From: Tubiluchus corallicola
Taxonomy: Eukaryota > Animalia > Priapulida
Reading direction: 5' to 3'
NCBI GenBank assembly: GCA_030141605.1
Contig: JAQGDQ010000165.1
Span: 372,001 to 436,000, forward strand
Length of the DNA: 64,000 nucleotides
The position numbers and the translations under genes were made by a program. A model generated the notes under the pieces. It was not told the DNA's origin and did no database searches. It saw only the letters and a program-made list of their open reading frames with translations. Below, piece by piece: positions 28,301-35,199 of the stretch (its first letter is position 1; each line of letters opens with the position of its first letter).

Positions 28301-30967
28301 CAAAATGTACCTATTAACACAAATAAAATAACTTTAACTTGCAGTTTTTTTGCAGTAATACAGCAGCATAGTATCAAGCTTACACAGTAAAACGTTACAC
28401 ATGCGTGGTAAATTAATTTTAGAACGATCATAAGGATACTAATATCGATTGTGAGTAAAAGGGCTTGTATAGAATACAGTACTATAAGAAGTAAATATTT
28501 CCTATTATGTAATAACGTGGGTGAGATAATTGTTATTATAATACTAGTATACACAATTGTTACGTTATAATCTTTACACGAGTTAGGATGGATTGGCCTA
28601 TTTTGCCATATTATGTAAAAATTCACTAGCAGCAGTGCTAAAAATTTTCTGTTATTCAGTGTCATCATTAAAATCATAATAGAATAGTAAAAAAAGGAGT
28701 TTTATAACAGGTTTACGCAGACTAGCTTTAAAGTTCAGAGTAATGTCTAAAACCAAGCTAAACGATACTAGGCCTATATGAACTTGGAGATAAGCTCTTT
28801 AAAGGCTTTGGTTAGTATGTTTTCAATCTCGGATTTTACAACTGGTTCCTGAGTTAACAGCAGCGGTTCATTTTGGCTTGGCAGTGTTGTAGAACATTTA
28901 TTAGGATAATGAGCTTTAGCCGATTCTGTGTAGTACAAACTGCTTCGTTCAGATGGCTCTCTCCGGTTCGAAACGGAGTAGGCTCGCTGTGGGTCGTTAA
29001 TTACTGGCGTTGGGAGAAGACCAGGTTTCTTAACTGCGTCTGAATAGCTGGTATTGTGAGATGAACCAATACGTAAATTAAACGAGTTATTTAGGCGCGA
29101 AATTGCAGAATTGTGTTGGTATGGGTTTGTATGGGACATTGGCTTGCGTCTTGTTTTCACGTACCAACGCTTAGGATCATTGTGTAAACATAAGTTCAGT
29201 CGTTCTGCTAATTTTGATACACCAGCACGACTTAAATGTAAACCGTCTCTTGCCATTAACCCTTCAGCTAAAAAATGACTTTGAATGTTGCACAATAAAT
29301 AGCCCTCTTTGTTAGCTAAATAGACTAGATCATCATTGAAAGAGCGTATAAGCTCGTTTGTCAGAAAGATATTACATGGTTTTGCATTAAAATGCTTACT
29401 TTTTGAAGTCAGCGGTATATTACAAATAAAAATGTTTGCAGCTTTAAACTTACTTGCAATGTTTTTTGCACAGTTGTCTGCAATTGTAATGATGTCTCTA
29501 ACTGATGATTCTTTGTCGATTTGCTGTCCAACCTCGTCGCATTTTTGCGCTAGCCGTCTTATGTCATTTACACCACAAGCGATGATCACATTTTCAAGCT
29601 TCATAGCTGGATAATGGTTTAACACTTTTGTGCTTAACTCTTCTAATGTTAAGCCTCTGTATGAGTGTACCTGGACGTTTTGCCCGATGTCCTTTGGATT
29701 TAAGTATACGGTCCGTGAGTCTCCCAGGACTAGCGTTTGAGTGGTTGCATGTATGGTCTTATGATTTTTCCTTCTTTGATTCACAGTTATTGTGGCATTG
29801 CAAGTTTCCTTTTCCTGCAAGGTTTCGCCCTGCGATGGAAGGTCATTATTGCCGTGTTTCGATGAGGAGGTGTCTCCATTCACAAGCAAAGTTTGACTTG
29901 CTTCATCTGTGTGACTGGGATCTTTGGAGGAATTATCACTTGTTTGGTTGCTTACATTTCGTTTTCTTTTTTGTAGTTCAGAGAGTTCCGTTGATAATTT
30001 ATGAACCTTTTCGATGAGAGTTGACTGCTCTTTATAGCTGGCAGCTAGTTTTGACTCCAAGCATTGAATTGTCTTTTTACTCTCTTTTTCCTCATTTTTG
30101 GTTTTTATTTGTAAGGCAATTAGCATTTGTTTATATCGTTCGCCCTCTGGATCACCAACAAGTACGAAGTCGGGAAACACAATTTCTGCCGCCTCGTGTC
30201 CATCATTTCCCATATTCGTCGTTTGCCTATGTTTTTTGAAGCACCTTTCGCACGTTGCAAGAAATAGCTGATTTTTATTTATTGGATTTTTTGCACTTTT
30301 GCAAAGCGTGCAACTTTTCCTTGCCATTCATGTATGTCTTTTAACATATACTTTGTTCGACGTAGTATCTTTTAACTATAAGTAAATTTGTACAGCCTTG
30401 GCCTCACGGCCTAATCACAATCTATTCAACACTAACTGGTATAATTAGCAACCGGAGCACGAGACAAACGATGTGCACCGGACAACTGACAACTGACCAT
30501 CTTGACTCTTAAATCTTGAAAATCGTACATAAGTTTTTTCCCTCTTTAGAATTTTTCAGCAAGCTCACAAAATGTCTTCCAGAAGCTCCGTTATTGGGGA
30601 TCAATTTCTCCGGAAGTGTTTAATAGGGTTGATAAAACAATAAACTCCTGACAAAGTTTTTCACCCGGCCAAAACTTGTAGAGTAATCTGAATATATTAG
30701 CTCAAAGTTCATAGTTCTCTAATATCGAATTTGACAATTCATAAATATGATATTATATTGTTTGTATTTTTCCCTGCAAGTTTATGTAAAAAAAAGCTCC
30801 CTTGAAACTCTGTAATCCAGCCGTACTTAGTTTCCAATAATTCAGACCCGCAAATGTGTAGACGTTACCTGGTGTTTTCCATGCTCATCCATGCGGATTC
30901 CTTCCGCGGCGATTTGTTTCGCTCTGACGAAGATCGCATCCGTGACTGTCTGTTTGCTCATTATCAT
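2247..30967 (-). CDS. VPS9D1: VPS9 domain-containing protein 1 (MIT-like N-terminus, coiled coil, C-terminal VPS9 Rab-GEF domain); 14 coding exons, about 659 aa
   Basis: Exons: 30967-30869, 24104-24032, 22444-22370 (or duplicate 22548-22474), 21410-21218, 19123-19015, 16445-16330, 15767-15683, 14735-14650, 11442-10980, 10489-10272, 8034-7841, 6928-6850, 4377-4273, 2331-2247. All are GT-AG with matching phases and sum to 1980 nt. Motifs [60 protein letters not shown] and [15 protein letters not shown] match vertebrate VPS9D1 as recalled. Confidence 0.93.
2460..2960. repeat. Minisatellite, about 140-bp unit x3.5
   Basis: GGGGCAC(G/A)(C/T)ATG recurs near 2466, 2609, 2751 and 2890. Confidence 0.85.
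3177..4165. mobile_element. hAT-type non-autonomous element related to 46913-47304
   Basis: AGGGGTGAGCAG...CTGCTCAGCCCTA termini; shared internal and TTCGAA motifs. Confidence 0.65.
4273..4377 (-). CDS. VPS9D1: VPS9D1 exon 13 ([35 protein letters not shown])
   Basis: VPS9 catalytic GADDL motif; its acceptor is the last unit of the 72-bp array. Confidence 0.9.
4345..5625 (-). repeat. 72-bp x18 tandem array of the exon 13 acceptor plus exon start, with a 288-bp higher-order repeat
   Basis: 24-aa periodicity in ORF 4260..5675; variant unit recurs near 4938, 5226 and 5514. Confidence 0.95.
5820..6200 (-). mobile_element. 5'-truncated copy of the 3' end of the 24.5-30.5 kb LINE
   Basis: Closely matches 24541-24897, including the (TA)n tail and TTTATTTGCCATTAAAA. 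Confidence 0.85.
6296..6831. repeat. 67-bp x8 minisatellite
   Basis: ACAATGATGAAAAATGAC at 6301, 6368 and onward. Confidence 0.9.
6850..6928 (-). CDS. VPS9D1: VPS9D1 exon 12 ([27 protein letters not shown])
   Basis: CACAG| acceptor, AT|GTAAGT donor, phase 1 to 2. Confidence 0.88.
7841..8034 (-). CDS. VPS9D1: VPS9D1 exon 11 (start of the VPS9 domain; [12 protein letters not shown]...CPLSKLEII)
   Basis: Within ORF 7827..8042; G|GTAAGT donor. Confidence 0.92.
8170..8600 (+). repeat. Unclassified dispersed repeat; copies at 1950-2170 (+) and 9655-9940 (-)
   Basis: Shared CAATTACTTGTGGTGTATTAGAAA...AAAAGTATACACAT. Confidence 0.7.
9205..9468. repeat. 88-bp x3 tandem repeat of a transposon subterminal sequence
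   Basis: GTGAGCAAGG at 9206, 9294 and 9382. Confidence 0.9.
10272..10489 (-). CDS. VPS9D1: VPS9D1 exon 10
   Basis: Within ORF 10268..10579; [18 protein letters not shown]. Confidence 0.92.
10980..11442 (-). CDS. VPS9D1: VPS9D1 exon 9 ([25 protein letters not shown]... followed by an acidic region)
   Basis: Overlaps ORF 10926..11366; HPL..LL motif; AAG|GTACG donor. Confidence 0.88.
11690..12778. repeat. 42-bp minisatellite, about 26 copies
   Basis: Unit ATGTATTCACCGTATTTACTACATAAATTCACTATATTACTA. Confidence 0.95.
12925..14545. repeat. 30-bp minisatellite, about 54 copies
   Basis: Unit ATTGTACTTCTTTTACTGTCATGACTGTAC. Confidence 0.97.
14650..14735 (-). CDS. VPS9D1: VPS9D1 exon 8 ([28 protein letters not shown]); its acceptor is the last unit of an 18-bp array
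   Basis: End of ORF 14646..15044; AG|GTAAG donor; 5' boundary is ambiguous because the acceptor is repeated. Confidence 0.82.
14724..15021 (-). repeat. 18-bp x16 tandem array of the exon 8 acceptor
   Basis: Minus-strand unit (C/T)TTCTCTTACAG|G(C/T)GTGG. Confidence 0.95.
15085..15650. mobile_element. Long inverted repeat, Penelope-like terminal remnants with degenerate hammerhead cores
   Basis: Arms of about 250 bp are reverse complements; TGATGA-T-GATAG-loop-CTGTC-GAAA; related sequence at 63890-64000. Confidence 0.5.
15683..15767 (-). CDS. VPS9D1: VPS9D1 exon 7 ([28 protein letters not shown])
   Basis: ILEYEQD motif; phase 2 to 0. Confidence 0.9.
15822..16187 (-). mobile_element. Solo LTR (Ty3/gypsy-like)
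   Basis: (AT)TGT...ACA(AT) termini, 4-bp TSD AGAA, TATATAA at 16065-16059 and AATAAA at 15897-15892 on the minus strand. Confidence 0.65.
16059..16150 (-). promoter_or_regulatory. TATA box with a cluster of heat-shock elements in the solo LTR
   Basis: TTCtaGAAcaTTC at 16095-16107, GAAcaTTCtaGAC at 16076-16088, another GAAcaTTC near 16134. Confidence 0.55.
16330..16445 (-). CDS. VPS9D1: VPS9D1 exon 6 ([39 protein letters not shown])
   Basis: Conserved coiled-coil motif; TACAG| acceptor and AG|GTGATT donor. Confidence 0.9.
16487..16595. repeat. 41-bp tandem repeat, about 2.7 copies
   Basis: GGGTCCCCACTCGCTA at 16487, 16528 and 16569. Confidence 0.85.
17645..18905. mobile_element. Tc1/mariner-pogo (Tigger-like) non-autonomous element; related ends near 9200-9470, 10540-10650 and 55240-55350
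   Basis: TA-CAGTAAGTCCTCGCTTAA ... AAACGAGGATTTACAG termini. Confidence 0.6.
18430..18860 (+). repeat. Unclassified dispersed repeat; second copy 45025-45440
   Basis: Shared GTTAAACTTTCAAAGCTAC...GAGATTGAGTCTAAACAATC. Confidence 0.65.
19015..19123 (-). CDS. VPS9D1: VPS9D1 exon 5 ([36 protein letters not shown])
   Basis: Within ORF 18976..19263; splice sites and phases consistent. Confidence 0.9.
19354..19910 (+). mobile_element. 5S rRNA-derived SINE (SINE3); 5S-like head 19354-19473
   Basis: About 120-nt diverged 5S sequence followed by a roughly 430-nt body shared with the 43.4-43.9 kb copy; ATAATAATCTTTATT on both sides. Confidence 0.85.
20950..21043. repeat. 23-bp x4 minisatellite
   Basis: Unit ACCTGGCACGGTGCCAGCAGTTG. 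Confidence 0.9.
21218..21410 (-). CDS. VPS9D1: VPS9D1 exon 4 (Ser/Pro-rich linker)
   Basis: Within ORF 21214..21447; TTTTTCAG| acceptor, AG|GTAAGC donor, phase 1 to 2. Confidence 0.85.
21643..22160. repeat. About 50-bp x10 minisatellite
   Basis: Unit AAACAATGGGCACCATGTTCTAACACAAATTCTATGCTCTGCTGTTGGGC. Confidence 0.9.
22370..22444 (-). CDS. VPS9D1: VPS9D1 exon 3, downstream duplicate ([25 protein letters not shown])
   Basis: 75 nt with intact AG and GT, phase 1-1; resembles KLAQQCLERAQ of human VPS9D1. Confidence 0.65.
22474..22548 (-). CDS. VPS9D1: VPS9D1 exon 3, upstream duplicate ([25 protein letters not shown])
   Basis: 75 nt with intact AG and GT, phase 1-1; tandem copy of 22370-22444. 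Confidence 0.65.
23560..23975 (+). repeat. Unclassified dispersed repeat; second copy 46270-46855 with an internal duplication
   Basis: GTTGGAATTGTACATTGTAG...AAAATGACTTTCACAAC aligns between the two sites. Confidence 0.7.
24032..24104 (-). CDS. VPS9D1: VPS9D1 exon 2 ([24 protein letters not shown])
   Basis: TAG| acceptor, AAG|GTTTG donor, phase 0 to 1. Confidence 0.85.
24977..26665 (-). CDS. LINE ORF2 reverse transcriptase domain (frameshifted from the endonuclease part)
   Basis: [41 protein letters not shown]. Confidence 0.92.
   Translation of the reverse strand: MKNKHIQQQCKNATNTKEKWKIINNVINKCRNKLTRVDEIKINNTVITKPKDIANALNAIFLNLGNFKGVASHINNNIINKLKNKSSNTVFSFKSVTVGEINDILNNLSSNKGSGPSDIPIKILKDSASVIAPHMTYIANQIIMRGEFPTVCKMANVTPIHKKDPKCDPMNYRPISVIHCFGKVWERVIYDQINSYVNKHELLSKHQFGFRKHHSTIDALIHTTENWRHSLDNKQYILAAFLDLSKAFDSINHELLYDNLKQIGLDSISLKLIQNYLKDRQQRVKLDTTNFSDWATLNRGIPQGTLLGPLLFCLYINNISSVLKHSQITQYTDDTTIYIAHENVQTAKNYLEEDIKNINMAFSHYKLKMNNDKTEFMILSPSLNTNDASSTTLTIDNAVIKQTNNVKFLGIQVDNNLSWGDHFNNIYTKMASSTSYLRQVKGQLTKETKTLIYKTLVLPHFLYGCTLLQKTKRENYLKLNLLQNYALRLIAGYSYKHKAGRQKFKASTTNLRKTLKFPIIEAHKEYFTLLFIFKYINNISKPFQNNRFTFFQILSLIPEQAI
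26662..28677 (-). CDS. LINE ORF2 5' part: hydrophobic leader, 2A-like motif, APE endonuclease
   Basis: [14 protein letters not shown]; [46 protein letters not shown]. Confidence 0.9.
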   Translation of the reverse strand: MILMMTLNNRKFLALLLVNFYIIWQNRPIHPNSCKDYNVTIVYTSIIITIISPTLLHNRKYLLLIVLYSIQALLLTIDISILMIVLKLIYHACVTFYCVSLILCCCITAKKLQVKVILFVLIGTFWKPYEFTSCIIVDISNVSYHKITKFICDHGSLCIFNAKYQTVKFFYCNYAYVLVILRTLLSILKLKMIYVTVICNVMTKGNLNNFFIAFPVNSDRIRHSMQFILKRFVSILKVVYLSAIRQMRHVNLKYVALKKLEKLQISSKFESTLYSCSELAYILTIIRLLLILGGIETNPGPILPNNNNNNTNNNNTSDKLKKFMITYKKNIKFLNINIQSLVKKHWLLKDTIHATENLIVGITETWLHKQILSNTIELPNHTLIRRDRCKNKKGGGVAMYIPSHLRPQEMKGIRTGKIESVWCSIENYVIGTIYRPPNLKHKTFFKYFSEELERSVFENKKVLIMGDFNLDILATNTLAYKTYTELLKQYNVHILNNNKPTRISKTSATVIDHFISNSNNNFVAYDTFPCDYSDHHFIILVDKMTPQHNNNQNSVWHLMRDYAQYNKHSYLIDLAKMNWTSIYMTDKIDTQVNILTYNVEYCLNVHAPYKNVKQIPQQSKLNNESTWTTPELDKLRIAKNRMYNIWEKNKTKNNHNNYKKREINLIILINA
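28774..30327 (-). CDS. LINE ORF1p: Cys-pair zinc knuckle, coiled coil, SGNH/GDSL esterase domain
   Basis: CTLC...CERC, heptad-rich segment, SGNH blocks LVLGDS, RG, ACGVND, DGLH. Confidence 0.85.
   Translation of the reverse strand: MARKSCTLCKSAKNPINKNQLFLATCERCFKKHRQTTNMGNDGHEAAEIVFPDFVLVGDPEGERYKQMLIALQIKTKNEEKESKKTIQCLESKLAASYKEQSTLIEKVHKLSTELSELQKRKRNVSNQTSDNSSKDPSHTDEASQTLLVNGDTSSSKHGNNDLPSQGETLQEKETCNATITVNQRRKNHKTIHATTQTLVLGDSRTVYLNPKDIGQNVQVHSYRGLTLEELSTKVLNHYPAMKLENVIIACGVNDIRRLAQKCDEVGQQIDKESSVRDIITIADNCAKNIASKFKAANIFICNIPLTSKSKHFNAKPCNIFLTNELIRSFNDDLVYLANKEGYLLCNIQSHFLAEGLMARDGLHLSRAGVSKLAERLNLCLHNDPKRWYVKTRRKPMSHTNPYQHNSAISRLNNSFNLRIGSSHNTSYSDAVKKPGLLPTPVINDPQRAYSVSNRREPSERSSLYYTESAKAHYPNKCSTTLPSQNEPLLLTQEPVVKSEIENILTKAFKELISKFI
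30869..30967 (-). CDS. VPS9D1: VPS9D1 coding exon 1 ([33 protein letters not shown])
   Basis: ATG preceded by an in-frame TAG; donor CAG|GTAACG; resembles the first MIT helix. Confidence 0.85.
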
Positions 30968-32259
30968 CTAACGACAGCAGCTGAACGAATAAAAACATTT
31001 TTTGATGAAATGGTGACACTTTTATAAGTTTTTTACTGTTAAATTACATTCTTACCTAATGCAGTACCAAAATGAATAAAAACATTTTTTTCAAGAAATG
31101 ATTCAACATGTCCAACATTAGTACGTTTGTTACAATAAAATTAACGCAGGTTAGTTCTCAGTTAAACAATGCTAAAATTAGCTTCACCTTGTCTGAATTT
31201 TTTATTTGCATTAACTTTGCTTATTTTTTCAAAATTGACCTTTTCCGGTTGCAAGCTGGACCTTCGGCATCCGGCGCTGCTAAAGAGACAGATTGTCCAA
31301 ATGTACCCAAAAAGCAATAAATCTAGCCTTTTTCAGACAATCTTAGTCTATTGAGTAGGTTAGTCTGGTGTACACTTGCGTGATCGTACACACTATTTTA
31401 TTGATCGCCTGGTTGCTACAGCCCGAGAGAAGTGTCTGCTGTGAAGAACTCGAGGAAAACTAACAGATCAGCCAAGGACAAACTAAGGTTGTCTTGTCTT
31501 TTAAGAGGAATTTCTCCTTAAAAATAGAGTAGACTTGAAGCCAAAGTGTATAGACTGTTGCATTAGCTTTGCTATAATTTTCTGCATTAGCCAATTTCAC
31601 ACAAGTGGCACTGTACATTGTTATAGTGCAAACACTGCAGTTACTGAAAGCTTTTTTTATTTTTCTTCATTAACAATTGGTTTTTAATTTGTTTAAGGTG
31701 AGCAAATGCATTTCATAAATAACTTTGCATGAAAATCCATTGTCTGAGGAGTAGAAACCTACAAAAAAGGCTTAAGGTCCTGAAGGAGTTAATATTGTGA
31801 TCTTATATATTACTAGTAATATAAACATATGGGGGGCAGGCCTGCAAGTAGCGGAAGTTGTGAAAGTGCCGGAATTCCGTCTCTTCGATCAGCTTGCACA
31901 GTCAGTCAGCTATCAATAAGCAGTGTAGCGATGAGGAAATGTGACAGAAATCTATCTCTTCTGTCTGTTCTAGCTGTCAAGCAGCAAAAGTGAAGAAACT
32001 TCAGCTTTTCGTGTGGGGTAGCGCCTGTGGAACAGGCCAGCAAGTAACTGAGAAAGCAGAAACCCCTCAATTCTATCTATTCTATCTGTATCCTGCTCTT
32101 GAGCTAACAGAATTGAATGAAGTTGAGTCCGAGTTGAATGTCTAGCTCCCATGCCCAGTGCTGCCATCTACAGCAGCTTTTTTTCAACCACTTGCTGGTG
32201 AGCAAATAAACAGTGAACCACCTAAACTGCCAGTGTGCCGATACTTCCAATGACATGAC

Positions 32260-32700
32260 CCTTGTCCTGATATCACTTTACACCACACAGCCCTGTCACC
32301 CGTAATCGCCCATGTCTCTGTATTTTTGATATTTAATGGTGTATTGATAAGATCTTTTTGGATGAAATTGATGTAAGTCAGCAGCTGTCTTCTTAGCGGT
32401 TTCTTTTCTTTCTGCAGTGCTTCTCTGAAAGCTAATTTTAGAGCCATCATCTGGTAGTTTTATAACATGTTGTAACCATCTTAATCTTCTCCTTTTGATT
32501 TTAACTATCCATTCCTCTGCCTTGACTTTATTATACCCGATCCTGCTTTAATATTTTCCTGAGATTTTATTCCTAGGCTAGAGTTTCTTCTGTGGAATGC
32601 ATCAATTTCAGATTTGTGTTGTGCTTTGAATATCCATAATTCTGAGTTGTGGAGAAACTAAATTCCCACAATTGCAGCAAAGATTCTTAATTTGTTTCTA
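32260..32700 (-). mobile_element. Degraded RTE-like LINE 3' fragment
   Basis: Broken frames give IKRRRLRWLQHVIKLP and LTYINFIQKDL...DRAVW, typical of RTE-type ORF2 C-termini. Confidence 0.5.
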
Positions 32701-32784
32701 CACTGACCCTTTTACTTTCAAAAATTTTGGAATATGCAGCTAATTTGATTTCAAGCCTGTTTCACAGGATCAGGTAAATAAGTA

Positions 32785-34590
32785 CCTCAGTGCCATTGGT
32801 AACAAAAAGGCGACTGGCCTTGACAATATTCCTGTAAAAATTCTGAAACTAGTCAAAGAGGCCTTTCTGCCTCAATTAACTGGTCTCATAAATCAGATGT
32901 TTGACTGTTCAGTTTTTCCAGATGAATTTAAGCATGCTCGCGTCACCCCAGTGTTCAAAAAAGATGATGCGCTGAACAAGAAAAACTACCGTCCAGTCAG
33001 TGTTCTTCCTATAGCTTCAAAGGTGTTTGAGAGAGCCATGGTGGACCAGCTTGGCGACCATATGTCCCGACACTTTCACCCACTCTTGTCAGCCTACCGT
33101 AGTGGATACAGCTGCCAGTCAGCACTGTTAGGGTTAACCGAAGAGTGGAGGAAGGGACTGGAGGCCGGTAACTATGTTGGTGCCATCCTGATGGATCTTT
33201 CAAAGGCGTTTGACAGCCTTCCACACAATTTATTGTTGGAAAAGTTAAGGTGCTATAATTTATCAGAAAATGCTGTAAATTTGATCAAAAGCTACCTTAC
33301 TGACAGAAAACAACTTGTTCAGATCGGGAACGTCAAGAGCTCACCCCTTCCTATGGATAAAGGCGTTCCTCAGGGATCCTTAACTGGACCTGTACTTTTT
33401 AATTGTTTTATTAATGATATCTTCCATTTTGTCAGTAAATCCACCTTGTACAACTATGCTGATGATAATACTGTTTCCTACTCCAGTAAATCATTTAATG
33501 ATATGAAACAAACCTTAGAAGTTGAAAGTAACGCACTGGTCGACTGGTTTGCTTCCAACCAGTTTCAGGGGATTGCTGTGGGCAAAATTACACACGACCT
33601 GAAACCTACTTTCAACATCAAAGGAGCGGATATTGAATGTACAGATGAGGTGAAACTTCTTGGTGTAAATATAGACTATCGCCTGAATTTTGACTCGCAC
33701 ATTTCAGCCCTGTGCAAAAAAGCAGCTAAACAGATTAATGTTCTACGCCGTATTGGGCGAAACCTGTCGGTAAAATGTCGAAAACTCATCTACCTTTCGT
33801 TTGTCAAGTCGAATTTTAATTTCTGCCCCGTAATCTGGCATTTCTGTAGTACATCAAATAGCCAGAAGTTAGAGCGTTTGAATTTCAGAGCGCTCCGTCT
33901 AGATTATAATTATTTCGAAAGTACCTACGAAAATCTATTGTTTAAAGACAATTTTGTGTCTCTTCAACTTCAGAGACAACGTCTCATTGCTATCGAAGTA
34001 TTCAAGATTTTGTCCAAAAACTGCCCGTCCTATCTCTATGGACTGATAGAGGAACGAAAGCAAAACCGCTACTTCCTCAGAAAAATGAACACTGCAGAAC
34101 ACCCTACATATGATGGTGTTACATACGGAAAGAAAAGTTTCTCTTATTATGGAGCCACATTGTGGAATGAATTACCAAACTGTCTCCGAATGGCCGAAAA
34201 TCTTGGGGAATTTAAACGTCTAATTAACTCATGGACTGGTGCATCATGTAAATGTGCCATTTGTAAATTCAGCGAACTTCCCAATTTTATTAAGTCTTAA
34301 TTAAATGCTGAATGTGTTGGCAGGAAAATTTTTTATTGACCATAGCTTTTTGTGTAAATTTTAGAAAATGTCACTGCCTAAATTTTTACTGTCTCAAATT
34401 TTTACTGTCTTTCATGTAGGTGGCATCTAAAAGTTTTTAAGAAGTACATATTATTACCATGTTATCGCTCATATACATTATGTTTGATATCGGTTTACGA
34501 GCTTTAAGCTCATGTTTTACAAATATGTACTGTTTTATATCATACCGATGAAAATAAATATTATCTTATCTAATAATAAATATTATCTAA
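32785..34590 (+). mobile_element. 5'-truncated CR1/L2-group LINE; RT ORF 32897..34300 plus 3' UTR
   Basis: KATGLDNIP, NYRPVS, MDLSKAFD, GVPQGS, YADD, LWNELP, CKCAIC; AATAAA followed by a short TTATC tail. Confidence 0.9.
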
Positions 34591-35199
34591 TGCTAACGTT
34601 TTTCTTCTTGGCGTAACTTCTTAAAACTCACTTCCCAGCAGCGTGAAATGTCACTATGCAAGATCTTAGACAAGTTTGTTTGTCGTGCCTTTCCGTATTT
34701 TTTCACGACTTATTTCTATGTTCATAGTTTTGCACTTGGTCAATTAATTAATTTATTAATAATTAGTCATTCAATTAATCATCTTTACCTACCTTATGAT
34801 GCTTAGGTTCTTTTTGCAAAGTACAAATTCTGCCTGGGTTCTAATCCTGGGTTATAAATGTCAGATATTAGGTCTTCAAGTGAAGTTTTATAATTGCAGA
34901 CCAGATCTTTTGTTACACAATAGCTATCCAGCCACATTGTTTAAACAAAAGTGCTTAGGTCTCTGTCAGAGACATGTGTCATTATTATATGCATGGATAA
35001 AAAAATTTGCTCGCCTGATCCACTCTTTTATTAGCCTGTACCAGATGGCGAGTGCCATCTGGTAGTGAATGTTAGCCGACTGATCAGTATTTTTGGATTC
35101 CAGTTAGTTCATCTTTTGTCTACTGAGCACAGTTTGTCTGCTTCCTTGTGCACCAGCTTGCGTGATATTATAAGAGATTTCTAGTACATGCAAATTTGT

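Larger units (their letters stand above)
24541..30510 (-). mobile_element. Near full-length CR1/L2-group LINE in VPS9D1 intron 1 (sense orientation), with two frameshifts in ORF2
   Basis: ORF1 28774..30327; ORF2 pieces 26662..28677, 24977..26665 and a C-terminal piece ending at 24759 ([15 protein letters not shown]); 3' AATAAA followed by a (TA)n tail; 5' end approximate. Confidence 0.92.
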
